Below are positions 7,952 to 16,074 of a stretch of 32,000 nt of DNA, piece after piece (position 1 is the first letter of the stretch; every line of letters starts with the position of its first letter). The notes beneath the pieces are model-generated. The model did no database searches, was not told the DNA's origin, and worked only from the letters and a program-made list of their open reading frames with translations. The stretch covers positions 1,650,001 to 1,682,000 of the forward strand of contig NC_013967.1 of NCBI RefSeq assembly GCF_000025685.1. The letters are read 5' to 3'. The DNA comes from Haloferax volcanii DS2. GTDB lineage: Archaea > Halobacteriota > Halobacteria > Halobacteriales > Haloferacaceae. The position numbers and the translations under genes were made by a program.

Positions 7952-10016
7952 TCAGTCCACCGACGCGAGCGGGAGCGAGACGACGACGACCGTACCCGTG
8001 GGTTCGTTGTCCTCGAAGTGGACCTCGCCGCCGAACGAGTCGACCAGTTGGTGGACGAGGTAGAGTCCGAGGCCGGTCCCGGTGCTTTCGAGTCCCTTTT
8101 CCCCTTTCCGAAGACCACCGACTTCCGCGCGTCGGGGATGCCCGAGCCGTCGTCAGCGATGCGGATGACCGCCATGCCGGCGTCGTCGTCCACGGCCGCC
8201 GAGACGGTGACGACGGTGTCGTCGGCGTTGTGCTGGACGGCGTTGTGCTGGACGGCGTTGTGCTGGACGGCGTTGTGCTGGACGGCGTTGTTGAGGAGGT
8301 TCCCGAGCACCGACGCGATGAGCGGGTTCGCGCGCACCGCCACGTCCGGTATCTCGCCGTCGACCGCGAGCTCGCGGTCCGCCGCGAGGCGTTTCCCAAC
8401 GCCACGTTCGCGGTCGACGGCGCTGGCGAGCGACATCGGGCGGGTCTCGACGCCGCCGCCGCTCATCGTCTCCATGAGGTCGCGGGCGACCTCGGTTATC
8501 TCGGTGGTGTGGCGGCCCGTCGAGAGGATGCGCGAGAGGATGTCCGCGCCCTCCTCGTCGACGTGTTCTCTGAGTAGCTCCGCCCAGCCGACGACGACGG
8601 CCATGTCGTTGCGGATGTCGTGGCGGACGATGCGGTTGAGCGCCTCCAGCTCGGCGTTCGTCCGTTCGAGTTCGCGCTCGCGGGTTCGACGGGCGGTCAC
8701 GTCCTGTATCGTCCCCCTGAGCGCCGCCACGCGTCCGTTTCGGATGACCGGCTCGCCGTGGGTGCGGACCCACAGCTCCGACCCCTCGGCGGTCACCAGT
8801 CGGAACTCTTCTTCCCAGGGAACGCCCTCGGACCGACAGCGGTCCAACAGCTCGCGGATTCGGTCCCGGTCGTCGGTGACGTAGAACTCGATGGCGTCGT
8901 CGACCGTCGGCTCGTAGTCGAGCGGCACCTTGTGGATGCGCTTCGTCTGGTCGGTCCACGCCAGCGTGTCGGTCACGAGGTCGAGTTCCCAGCCGCCGAC
9001 TTTCGAGATGCGCTGGGTCCGTTCGAGGAAGTCGCGGCTCCGTTCGAGTTCGTCCTCGCGCGCTTTCTGCTCGGAGAGGCTCTGGAAGACGACGACGTTG
9101 CGGTCGCCTTCGAGGGACGTGATGGAGAACCGAACCGGAACGAGTTCGCCGTCGTGCCGGCGAATCGCCACCTCGCCTTGCCACTCGCCGTCGGCTTCGA
9201 GCGCGGGGGGGAATCGTCTCTCTGAGGCGTTCGAGTTCCGGCTCGTCGTGGAGGTGGCCCCAGCCCGTCCCGAGCATCGACTCGGGGTCCGAGTAGCCGC
9301 AGATGTCGGCCGCGGTCTGGTTGACGTACACGTGTCGGTCGTGCTCCGTGATGGTGACCCCGGCGTCGACGGCGTCGACCGCCTCCTTGAACGCCGCAAG
9401 GTCGCGCTCGCGTCGGCGCTCTTCGGTCACGTCCTCGACCGTCGAGATGAGTCGATCCCGTCCCGAAATCTCGGCGACGGTGAGGCTGACGCGAATCCAG
9501 ACGGTGCCGCCCGACGCGCCCTCGATGGGCTACGTGAAGGCGGCTCCGCCCTCCTCGCGGGCGGCCTCGACCTCGCGGAGAGCGCGCTCGGCGTCGTAGC
9601 CGGCGATATCCGCGGTCACGTAGAGGGGACTCGTATCGATGACCGACTGGCGGTCGATGCCGAGGATGTCCAGATAGTGCTGATTGATGTCGACGAGTTC
9701 GAGCGTTTCGAGGTTGCGAACCGCGAGGCCGACGTTGACGGCCTCGAAGAGCGCGCGGTAGTCGAGCGAGCCGACGGCGCTGTGGGCGGCGTCGTAGACC
9801 TCGCGGCCGAGCGTGTCGAGGTCGCGGTCGGCAGCGGTCGACCCCGCTACCGAGACGCGCGGGACGCCGTCGGCGCGGAGTTTCGAGGCGAGCGAGAGCC
9901 CCCTCCGCGTCGGTGACCTCGGCCGAGACGACGGCACAGTCGATACGAGCGCGTTCGAGTTCCGCGTGGACCGCGTCGAGGCTGTCGGCGGTCGAGACGC
10001 TGACATCGGTCGTCAC
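7952..10016 (-). pseudogene. disrupted multi-PAS sensor histidine kinase with truncated receiver-like N-terminus
   Basis: Joining four minus-strand frame segments gives one continuous kinase. The parts are a receiver-like start, three PAS domains (LDYRALFEAVNVGLAV..., AFKEAVDAVDAGVTI..., FLERTQRISKVGGWELD...), H-box RIVRHDIRNDM, N-box NLLNNAVQHN, G1 DDGSGIP and G2 GTGLGLYLV, with TGA at 7954-7952. Disruptions: an extra base in the plus-strand C5 run 9899-9903, an in-frame TAG (plus-strand cta at 9530-9532), an extra base in the G7 run 9205-9211, and a missing base at the C4 run 8100-8103. No start codon lies upstream of the receiver-like segment. Confidence 0.8.
8224..8291. repeat. 15-bp perfect tandem repeat, about 4.5 copies (ggcgttgtgctggac)
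   Basis: Direct reading gives units at 8224-8238, 8239-8253, 8254-8268 and 8269-8283, plus a partial copy to 8291. On the minus strand this encodes NAVQH repeated four times inside the kinase N-box. Confidence 0.9.
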
Positions 10017-10070
10017 GTCACCGACCGAGTCGGGAAACTCGTCGGCGAGACGCTCGCGAACGGCGGCGTC

Positions 10071-10205
10071 CTCCTGTTCCGCGCCCTGCGCGACGGGGAC
10101 GACGGGAGCGACGGCGCGCTCGACGAACTCCGCCGGGCCTACGCCCGCGGCGACATCGACGACGAGGAGTTCGACCGCCGCCGCGAACGACTCGACCGCG
10201 ACTGA
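10071..10205 (+). pseudogene. SHOCT-domain gene remnant (C-terminal part only, no start codon)
   Basis: The frame ending in TGA at 10203-10205 encodes LLFRALRDGDDGSDGALDELRRAYARGDIDDEEFDRRRERLDRD. This is a very typical SHOCT C-terminal motif. No ATG/GTG/TTG occurs in frame until far inside the opposite-strand kinase gene. The left boundary is approximate. Confidence 0.5.
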
Positions 10206-10544
10206 CGCGTCGGAAATCGAGACACTCCGGACGTTGCAGGCGAAACGGAGGGGTCCCCCGGGAGGCGGTCGCGGGAAGTCGGCGCGCGGCCGACCCGCTG
10301 AAGGCAGTGCGCACTCACCGCAACGACTATGGTTATTTAGGCCAACCTAAAACCATGGCTTCGGATGCACCCGACGGGAAGTTCCGTTCGTTTATCGGTC
10401 GGTTCCGGTCGCAGCGGACCCGACTCCGCGTGTCCGCGTGCGTCGCTGCGAGCCGGTCGATAGCGGTTCCGGACGACGACGAGCACGCCGAATAGGTCGG
10501 GGGAGCGGTCGGTTCGACCCGCTACGGGTCGCCGCCGGCGCGTC

Positions 10545-11777
10545 TCAGACTTCGACCGTCGCCCCGATTTCGGGAGCCGCGGCCTCGTAGCCGTCGGCGC
10601 TGAGCTCCCCGGCGAACGCCGCACAGCGGTCGCCGTGGTTGACGAACACCGGCGCGTCGCGGTAGTCGTCGAGGAACGACAGAAGCCCGTGGCGGTCGGC
10701 GTGGGCCGAGAAGTCGTACATCTCGGCGCGGGCGGCCACCGGGACGACGCCGCCGTTGAGTTCGCACCGGCCGCGTTCGACCAGTTCCCTGCCCGGCGTC
10801 CCCTCGACCTGATAGCCGGTGAGACAGATTTTGTTCGTCGGGTCGTCCCGAATCTCGGGGATGTACGTCATCGCCGGCCCGCCAGAGAGCATCCCGCTCG
10901 TCGTCACGATGACCGAGTTCTCCCGGGCGATGCGCTTTCGCTGGCCGTCTCGGCCCGAGACGACTCTGGCGTTCGACTTCGCCCGCTTGAGCGCCGCCGC
11001 GTCGCGGACGTAGTCGGGGTGATTTCCGAGCATCTCCAGCACGCGGACCCCCATGCCGTCGACGTAGCAGTCGATGTCGTGGGCGTCGAGCACCATGAGA
11101 AGCTCCTGCGTCCGGCCGATGGCGAACGCGGGGACGACGACGGTGCCGCCCTCCCAGACGGTCGTCCGCACCGACTCCACGAACCGCTCTTCGACGGTCG
11201 CGCGGTCCTCGTGCTCCACGTCGGAGTAGGTGGACTCGCAGATGACCACGTCGGCGTCCGGGCGGGCGGTCGTCCCCGAGACCAACCGCTGGTCGTCGGT
11301 GTGGAAGTCGGCGGTGTACAGCAGGCGGGTCTCGCCGTCGTCGACGAGGACGTGGGCGCTGCCGGGGATGTGGCCCGCGTTGTAGAACGTGACCTCGTGG
11401 CCGGCGGCCTCGAACGACTCGCCGTAGTCGTGGTGTGCCGACTGCTGGGTCATCCGCCGGACGTGCGTCTCGGTGAACGGACAGTTGTAGCTGCCGCCGT
11501 GGAGTTTGAGCGTGTCGCGCGCGAGGGTCCGAGCGAGTTCGTCGGTCGGCGGCGTCCAATGGACCGCCGGCCAGTCGTCGCCCGAGAGGAGCGAGGGGAC
11601 CGTCCCGACGTGGTCGAGGTGGCCGTGCGAGACGACGACGGCGTCGGGCTCGACGGAGCCGACGGGGAACTGCGGGGGGTTCCCGGTCAGCATCCCGTAG
11701 TCGAGCAACAGCGAGTCGTTGACGAGAATCGCGCTGCGCCCGACCTCCTCGGCCCCGCCGAGGAACTGGAGTTTCAT
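10545..11777 (-). CDS. beta-CASP family MBL-fold ribonuclease (aCPSF2-like, no KH domains)
   Basis: I use the ATG at 11777-11775 (MKLQFLGGAEEVGRSAILV). The upstream part of the 549-aa track ORF is Val/Gly/Arg-rich junk. It carries the metallo-beta-lactamase motif HGHLDHVG, later GHIPGSA and DFSAHAD blocks, and is 410 aa long. Confidence 0.85.
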   Translation of the reverse strand: MKLQFLGGAEEVGRSAILVNDSLLLDYGMLTGNPPQFPVGSVEPDAVVVSHGHLDHVGTVPSLLSGDDWPAVHWTPPTDELARTLARDTLKLHGGSYNCPFTETHVRRMTQQSAHHDYGESFEAAGHEVTFYNAGHIPGSAHVLVDDGETRLLYTADFHTDDQRLVSGTTARPDADVVICESTYSDVEHEDRATVEERFVESVRTTVWEGGTVVVPAFAIGRTQELLMVLDAHDIDCYVDGMGVRVLEMLGNHPDYVRDAAALKRAKSNARVVSGRDGQRKRIARENSVIVTTSGMLSGGPAMTYIPEIRDDPTNKICLTGYQVEGTPGRELVERGRCELNGGVVPVAARAEMYDFSAHADRHGLLSFLDDYRDAPVFVNHGDRCAAFAGELSADGYEAAAPEIGATVEV

Positions 11778-11888
11778 TGGCGGCAGTACCGACCGGAGGG
11801 GCTTTTGCTCGTCGGTCCCGCGAGGCCAGAGGGACTCGGCGGGCTCGCGGGCTCGACGCTTTTCACGCCGGCCGCCGTCTCCCGAGTC

Positions 11889-12266
11889 GTGACCGGCTCC
11901 GACCCTGACCCTGACCCCGACGCCAGTGCCGACGCCGACGCCGATACCGACGCCGAATCCGACCGCGACGACCTCGACCGACTGGTGACGGCGCTCCACG
12001 ACCGGCTCGCCGCGACAGCGACCCGCCCCGTCCGCGAGGACGCGAGCCGGTGGCTCGGCGAGGCGGAGGCCGTCGCGGGCGACCTCGCGGTTGGCTCGCT
12101 CCCGGACGAGGAGGTGGTTCGGACGCGCCTCGGCCACGTCGAACACCTGCTGTCGAACGTCGACGGAACCGAAGACGAGGCGGCGGACGAACACGTCGCG
12201 TCGGCGCGGGCGGCGCTGGCCGACGCACTGGCGATGCTCGGTGACGGCGGCGAAGGCGGCGAGTGA
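11889..12266 (+). CDS. acidic hypothetical protein with N-terminal Asp-Pro/Asp-Ala low-complexity region
   Basis: Only the C-terminal ~125 codons of the 543-aa track ORF look protein-like (LDRLVTALHDRLAATATRPVREDASRWLGEAEAVAGDL...). GTG at 11889 is the first plausible start after the divergent RNase gene, so the start is uncertain. Confidence 0.5.
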   Translation: MTGSDPDPDPDASADADADTDAESDRDDLDRLVTALHDRLAATATRPVREDASRWLGEAEAVAGDLAVGSLPDEEVVRTRLGHVEHLLSNVDGTEDEAADEHVASARAALADALAMLGDGGEGGE

Positions 12267-12282
12267 GCGAAGACGAAACCGG

Positions 12283-12328
12283 GCGGTGAGAGACGAGCGG
12301 TGAGAGACGAGCGGTGAGAGACGAGCGG
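12283..12328. repeat. 14-bp tandem repeat, about 3.3 copies (gcggtgagagacga), intergenic
   Basis: Perfect units at 12283-12296, 12297-12310 and 12311-12324, plus a partial copy. The unit length is not a multiple of three. It lies between two convergent stop codons (12266 and 12369). Confidence 0.85.
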
Positions 12329-12368
12329 GGACACCGGGGACGGAGAGACGCGCGTGTCGCCCGGCGGC

Positions 12369-13601
12369 TCAGTTCGAGAACCAGTCTTTCGCGGTGGACG
12401 CGAGGATGGAGAGGTCTTCGAATTTGAGCATCCGGAACATGGCGAGCGGGCTGCCGCCGTTCGCGGCGTCTAACTGCTCGTCGGGGAGGCGGTGGAGGTC
12501 TTCGAGCAGTTTGTCGTAGCGCTCGTTGGAGGCGCGGTAGAGCATCTCCGTCATGAACAGGCGGTTTTTCACCTTCGGCGCGACGCGGTCGTGCCACAGC
12601 TGGTCGTAGATGGCGAGTTCGGACGCCGAGGTGTCGCGCTCGGAGTTGGTGAGCGCGCGGTCGGCGGTCGCGGCCGCGACCCTGCCCGAGCGCATGCATT
12701 TGTCGATGCCCTCGCCCCACAGCGGGTCGACCGTCGGGACCGTGTCGCCGATGGCCATGAAGTTGTCCGTGCTCATGCGACCCGGAAGCTGGATGTGGGC
12801 GGAGCCGCGGTGCTGCTTGCCCGCGATGCGCTCTGCGTCCGCGAAGCGCGGGTCGGACTCGGTCCAGTACTGGAGGTAGTCGTCGATGGTGTAGCCCGAC
12901 TTGGCGTTGTGGCGGTGACCCTCGTTTTGAATGTAGCAGACGCCGACCTTCGCGGTGTCGCCGCCGGTGTGGAATATCCACGAGTAGCCGCCGGGCGCGA
13001 TGTCGTGGTCGAGGCGGAGCATCATCGCGTCGGTGAGGTCGCCGTAGCCGTCGGGCGCGAGGTCCATGCCCTCGAACTCGTACTCGATGCCGATGGCCTG
13101 CTTCTCGCGGCGGAGGTCGCACAGGTCGAGCGCCTTGGCGAGCGGCGCGCTCGGTCCCGTGGCGTCGATGACGATGTCGGCGTACACCTCCTCGTCGCCG
13201 TTGTATCGGACGCCGACGATTTCGCCGCCCTCCATGATGGGCTTGGAGACGCGCGCGTCGAAGCGGTACTCCGCGCCGTCGGCCTCCGCCTCGTCGACGA
13301 GCCAGTTTTTGAAGTCGGCAAACTCGAGGACTGCACCGGGCTGGTGGCGGTGGTAATGGTCGTTCGGGGACTCCAGGACGACGTCGTCGGTGAAGTTCAT
13401 CACGACCTCGTCGGGGATGTTGAACGAGGCCATCGTCGACGGGAACGTCCCGGCGGTCGATTTGTTGCTTCTGGAGGGGAACTCGTCTTCGGACTCGGTT
13501 TCGAGGACGCACACGTCGTAGCCTCGGGCGGCGAGGTCTCGTGCCGCCTGTCCACCTGCGGGGCCCGCGCCCGCGATAATCACGTCGTAGTTGTCAGTCA
13601 T
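12369..13601 (-). CDS. geranylgeranyl reductase-family FAD-dependent oxidoreductase
   Basis: I use the ATG at 13601-13599 (MTDNYDVIIAGAGPAGGQAARDLAARGYDVCVLE), which gives a GxGxxG FAD fold at the N-terminus and 410 aa. The upstream part of the 524-aa track ORF is Arg/Pro/Ser-rich junk. Confidence 0.85.
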   Translation of the reverse strand: MTDNYDVIIAGAGPAGGQAARDLAARGYDVCVLETESEDEFPSRSNKSTAGTFPSTMASFNIPDEVVMNFTDDVVLESPNDHYHRHQPGAVLEFADFKNWLVDEAEADGAEYRFDARVSKPIMEGGEIVGVRYNGDEEVYADIVIDATGPSAPLAKALDLCDLRREKQAIGIEYEFEGMDLAPDGYGDLTDAMMLRLDHDIAPGGYSWIFHTGGDTAKVGVCYIQNEGHRHNAKSGYTIDDYLQYWTESDPRFADAERIAGKQHRGSAHIQLPGRMSTDNFMAIGDTVPTVDPLWGEGIDKCMRSGRVAAATADRALTNSERDTSASELAIYDQLWHDRVAPKVKNRLFMTEMLYRASNERYDKLLEDLHRLPDEQLDAANGGSPLAMFRMLKFEDLSILASTAKDWFSN

Positions 13602-13842
13602 TGTAGAGTAGGCATCACCGGTAGGGTTGGTCGTACGCGTTACACACCTTTTCTGTAACAAGCGTGTAATCTGCTTTGGTTTTGAACGGTCGGGAACGGG
13701 GGCCGTTCGACGGAATCCGTCCTCGGAGGGGCGACAGATAACTGCGGGAGACGGCGGCCGAGCGGGGGGTGGCCGCGGCGCACCGCTGGACAGCAGCGAA
13801 AACGACGACCGACAGGGCCGCAACGCGAGCGAGCGGCGACGT

Positions 13843-14175
13843 TCAGGCTTTCGGGATGCGGCGGACTTGGAACTCGCGGTAGCCGCCGTAGGCGGCTTCG
13901 AGCGCGCCGAGCCACCAGTTCCAGCGCGTCGCGGGGTCGCCATCGGGCGCGTCGCGCATGTTCCGCACGATTTCGTCGCCCGTGAGCGGCGCGCCGCGGT
14001 CGGCCTCGGCCTGCCCCGAGTCCGCGAGGTCGCGGGCCTGCCGCGCGACGACCCGGCGCTCGGCGTCGGTACCGCCGAACTCGGCGAGGGCGTCGCGGAA
14101 CGACTCCTCGTCGAACGCGGGATGGGTGTCGCCGTGCCTGTCGGTGGGGGTCACGACTCTCTCTACGGGGGCCAT
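13843..14175 (-). CDS. acidic conserved hypothetical protein
   Basis: 110-aa ORF with an ATG start, acidic composition and good GC3 bias. Confidence 0.6.
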   Translation of the reverse strand: MAPVERVVTPTDRHGDTHPAFDEESFRDALAEFGGTDAERRVVARQARDLADSGQAEADRGAPLTGDEIVRNMRDAPDGDPATRWNWWLGALEAAYGGYREFQVRRIPKA

Positions 14176-14259
14176 GCCAAAGAAGGACTCGGCCGATTCG
14201 TCCGGGTGAAAACCCCCGTCTGCGGCGCAGAGCGCTCGGCTGACGACGCGACGCCGGCG

Positions 14260-15405
14260 CTACGCCCACCACTCGCTCCGGCGCTCGCCGTACGTCGCGT
14301 TCCGGAACGGTTCGGGCTTGTCGTCGTCGGCCTCCGCGCCGAGGTAGTGGGCGGTCCAGTAGCCGACGTGCCAGCCGACGGCCTCGGTGTCGAGGTCGAC
14401 GAGGACGACCCGGTAGCTGCCGTAGGTCTCTAACGCGCCGTCGCCGTCCGGGTCGTAGCCGCCGGCGATGGCGCAGGAGGCCGCGCCCGCGGCGCACGGC
14501 GAACTGTCCGCAAAGGAGATGCGCACCTCGGCGTCCGCGGGGTCGTCGACGTAGGTGTAGGTGAGGTTGTCGGGCATCCCCGGCGCGCCGCCTTCGAAGT
14601 AGTCGAGCGCGTGGCGAACCTGCTCGCGGGCCGCGTCGGGGTCCGAGGCGTTCGTGTCGTCGATGTGGACCGTGAAGTTCGGGTCGTCCCACGGGAACGC
14701 CTTCTCGGTCGCGTTCGTCCGCGGGAGCGTGTAGAGGATGCCCGTGGCGTTCATCAGGTCCGCGGGTTCGTCGCCGTGGGCGAGTCCGAGCGTGTGACCG
14801 AGTTCGTGTGCGACGATATCGACCGTCGAGTCGTCGCCGTATCCGGTGCGGACGTAGACGGTCTCGGGGCGGTCTATCTGCCACCCGTCGGTGAGGTAGG
14901 GCGCGCAGCCGGCCGCGTCGTCCAGCCCGCTGCACACCGGGATGTCGTCGGTAAAGCGGACCACGAGGTCCGGGTCGCGGGCGTCGGCGTCGACCTCGTA
15001 GTCGATTTCGTACTCCAGGTAGCGCGAGTCGTTCCCCTCCCAGAACGCCGTCGCCTCGCTCACGAGGGCGGCGTAGTCGCGGCCGTCGTCGGGCGCTGCG
15101 ACGGAGACGACGACCGGCTCGGACCCCCACGGCCCGTAGCCGGGCGCGGGCGTGAACGTCGTTGTGGGTTCGGGCGTCGGTGACTCGGTAGGCGCGGCAG
15201 TCGGGGTCACGGTCGCGGTCGTCGACGGAGGCGAAGTCGTCGGGGTCGCGGTCGCCGCGGGCGACTCGGTTGCCGAGTCGGTGGTCGGCGGCGAAGCCGC
15301 AGACGTGGCAGTCGTCGCTGTCGTCCCGTCGGTTCCCGGCGACACCGGCGCGGCACAGCCGGCGAGGACGACGAGCACCGCCACGAGGAGAGTCGAGCCG
15401 CGCAT
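14260..15405 (-). CDS. secreted metzincin-type zinc metalloprotease lipoprotein with Thr/Pro-rich linker
   Basis: From the ATG at 15405 the N-terminus is MRGSTLLVAVLVVLAGC, a signal peptide plus lipobox. A linker of about 65 aa rich in Thr/Ser/Pro/Ala follows. The extended zinc motif is HELGHTLGLAHG (HExxHxxGxxH). Alternative upstream TTG starts (15432, 15471) would add an RRR-containing n-region. Confidence 0.8.
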   Translation of the reverse strand: MRGSTLLVAVLVVLAGCAAPVSPGTDGTTATTATSAASPPTTDSATESPAATATPTTSPPSTTATVTPTAAPTESPTPEPTTTFTPAPGYGPWGSEPVVVSVAAPDDGRDYAALVSEATAFWEGNDSRYLEYEIDYEVDADARDPDLVVRFTDDIPVCSGLDDAAGCAPYLTDGWQIDRPETVYVRTGYGDDSTVDIVAHELGHTLGLAHGDEPADLMNATGILYTLPRTNATEKAFPWDDPNFTVHIDDTNASDPDAAREQVRHALDYFEGGAPGMPDNLTYTYVDDPADAEVRISFADSSPCAAGAASCAIAGGYDPDGDGALETYGSYRVVLVDLDTEAVGWHVGYWTAHYLGAEADDDKPEPFRNATYGERRSEWWA

Positions 15406-15492
15406 ACCGAGACTGCGGCGGCGAACGGTCAAGAGCGTTTCCCGACGGCGCGAAAACGGCTCGACCGACAAAGCGGTCGCTCGGCGGTTCGA

Positions 15493-15930
15493 AAGCGGCT
15501 GAGAGGAGTAAGCCCCCTTCTGTTCGTCCCAGCATTCGGCTCAGCGTCCGCGTCCTTCTCGGGGCGAGCCCCCGAGGGCGCGACGGGCGAACCCGACGCG
15601 CCGTCCGAACTACCTTCGCGGCGCGGACTTGCACCGGTGAGGATTCGCCGTTCCATCCGTTCTCGACCGTCGGAGATGGCGACGCCACCTCATCCCTCTG
15701 CGGGTTAGCTCCCTTCCCTTACGGGTCGGTTCGCACGCGGCCGTGACGGCCGCGCCGGCGACGGCGGAGCCGTCGCGCGCGCATCATCGGTCGGGTCGAG
15801 CGGTCTCGTTTCTGTTCCAGCGCCAGCCGTCTCCGACTCCGGGCTTGCGCCCGGTCACCCGTTCGGACGGTGGGGGGACTTTCCTCATGCCCGTCTCGGG
15901 CACGGGAACTGGGCTCTCTCTGCCGACCTA
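15493..15930 (-). ncRNA. rnpB: RNase P RNA (archaeal type A); ends approximate
   Basis: The reverse complement contains the universal CR-I GAGGAAAGUCC (plus-strand ggactttcctc at 15876-15886). Near the 3' end it has ACAGAAGGGGGCUUA (plus-strand taagcccccttctgt at 15509-15523). A P3-like hairpin CCCGUGCCCGAGACGGG lies just 5' of CR-I. GAGAG/CUCUC and GGC/GCC pairings join the two ends. The ~435 nt length fits haloarchaeal RNase P RNA. Confidence 0.85.
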
Positions 15931-16074
15931 CCCTAGTCAGGTCGGTCGGATAAGCGGTTCGATTAACGGGGTCCTACCGGGGTTTAGCCGCACGTTATGT
16001 TGCAACGAAACTACATAACAACGGGATAACATCCGAGGGAAGCGTTGAAGTCACCACAGAACTTGAATGGTAAT

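Noticed and set aside
8224-8291. Tandem repeats (here and at 12283-12328) as a possible CRISPR array
   Set aside because: The units of 15 and 14 bp are directly abutting with no spacers. One lies inside a coding frame. There are no cas genes or leader.
9530-9532. In-frame TAG read as pyrrolysine or programmed read-through
   Set aside because: Pyrrolysine machinery is not known in Halobacteria. The same gene also carries three frameshifts and lacks a start, so a nonsense mutation in a pseudogene is the simpler explanation.
10307-10495. 62-aa ORF (or 46 aa from the ATG at 10355) with a TTATTTA element at 10333-10339
   Set aside because: The protein is basic and Arg/Ser-rich, unlike the acidic proteome here. 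The TATA-like element is only about 19 nt from the ATG, too close for a leaderless start. It might still mark a promoter on either strand, but a CDS is not supported.
10635-11888. 5' part of the 543-aa plus-strand ORF
   Set aside because: It is antisense to the beta-CASP RNase gene. Protein-like sequence begins only after the divergent gene start.
15406-15471. N-terminal extension of the metzincin lipoprotein giving a twin-arginine (RRR) signal
   Set aside because: It requires a TTG start. The ATG at 15405 gives the same short n-region/lipobox architecture seen in the three other lipoproteins of the window. It is kept as an alternative, not excluded.
13640-15688. 682-aa minus-strand ORF, and the plus-strand ORFs at 15152-16018
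   Set aside because: The translations are Arg/Pro-rich junk in alternative frames of the metzincin lipoprotein gene and across the RNase P RNA. The RNA-gene signatures explain 15493-15930 better than any ORF.
15950-15975. ggttcgatt resembling a tRNA T-arm
   Set aside because: No acceptor stem, anticodon arm or D-arm can be drawn around it. It lies in the RNase P RNA promoter and 5' flank.
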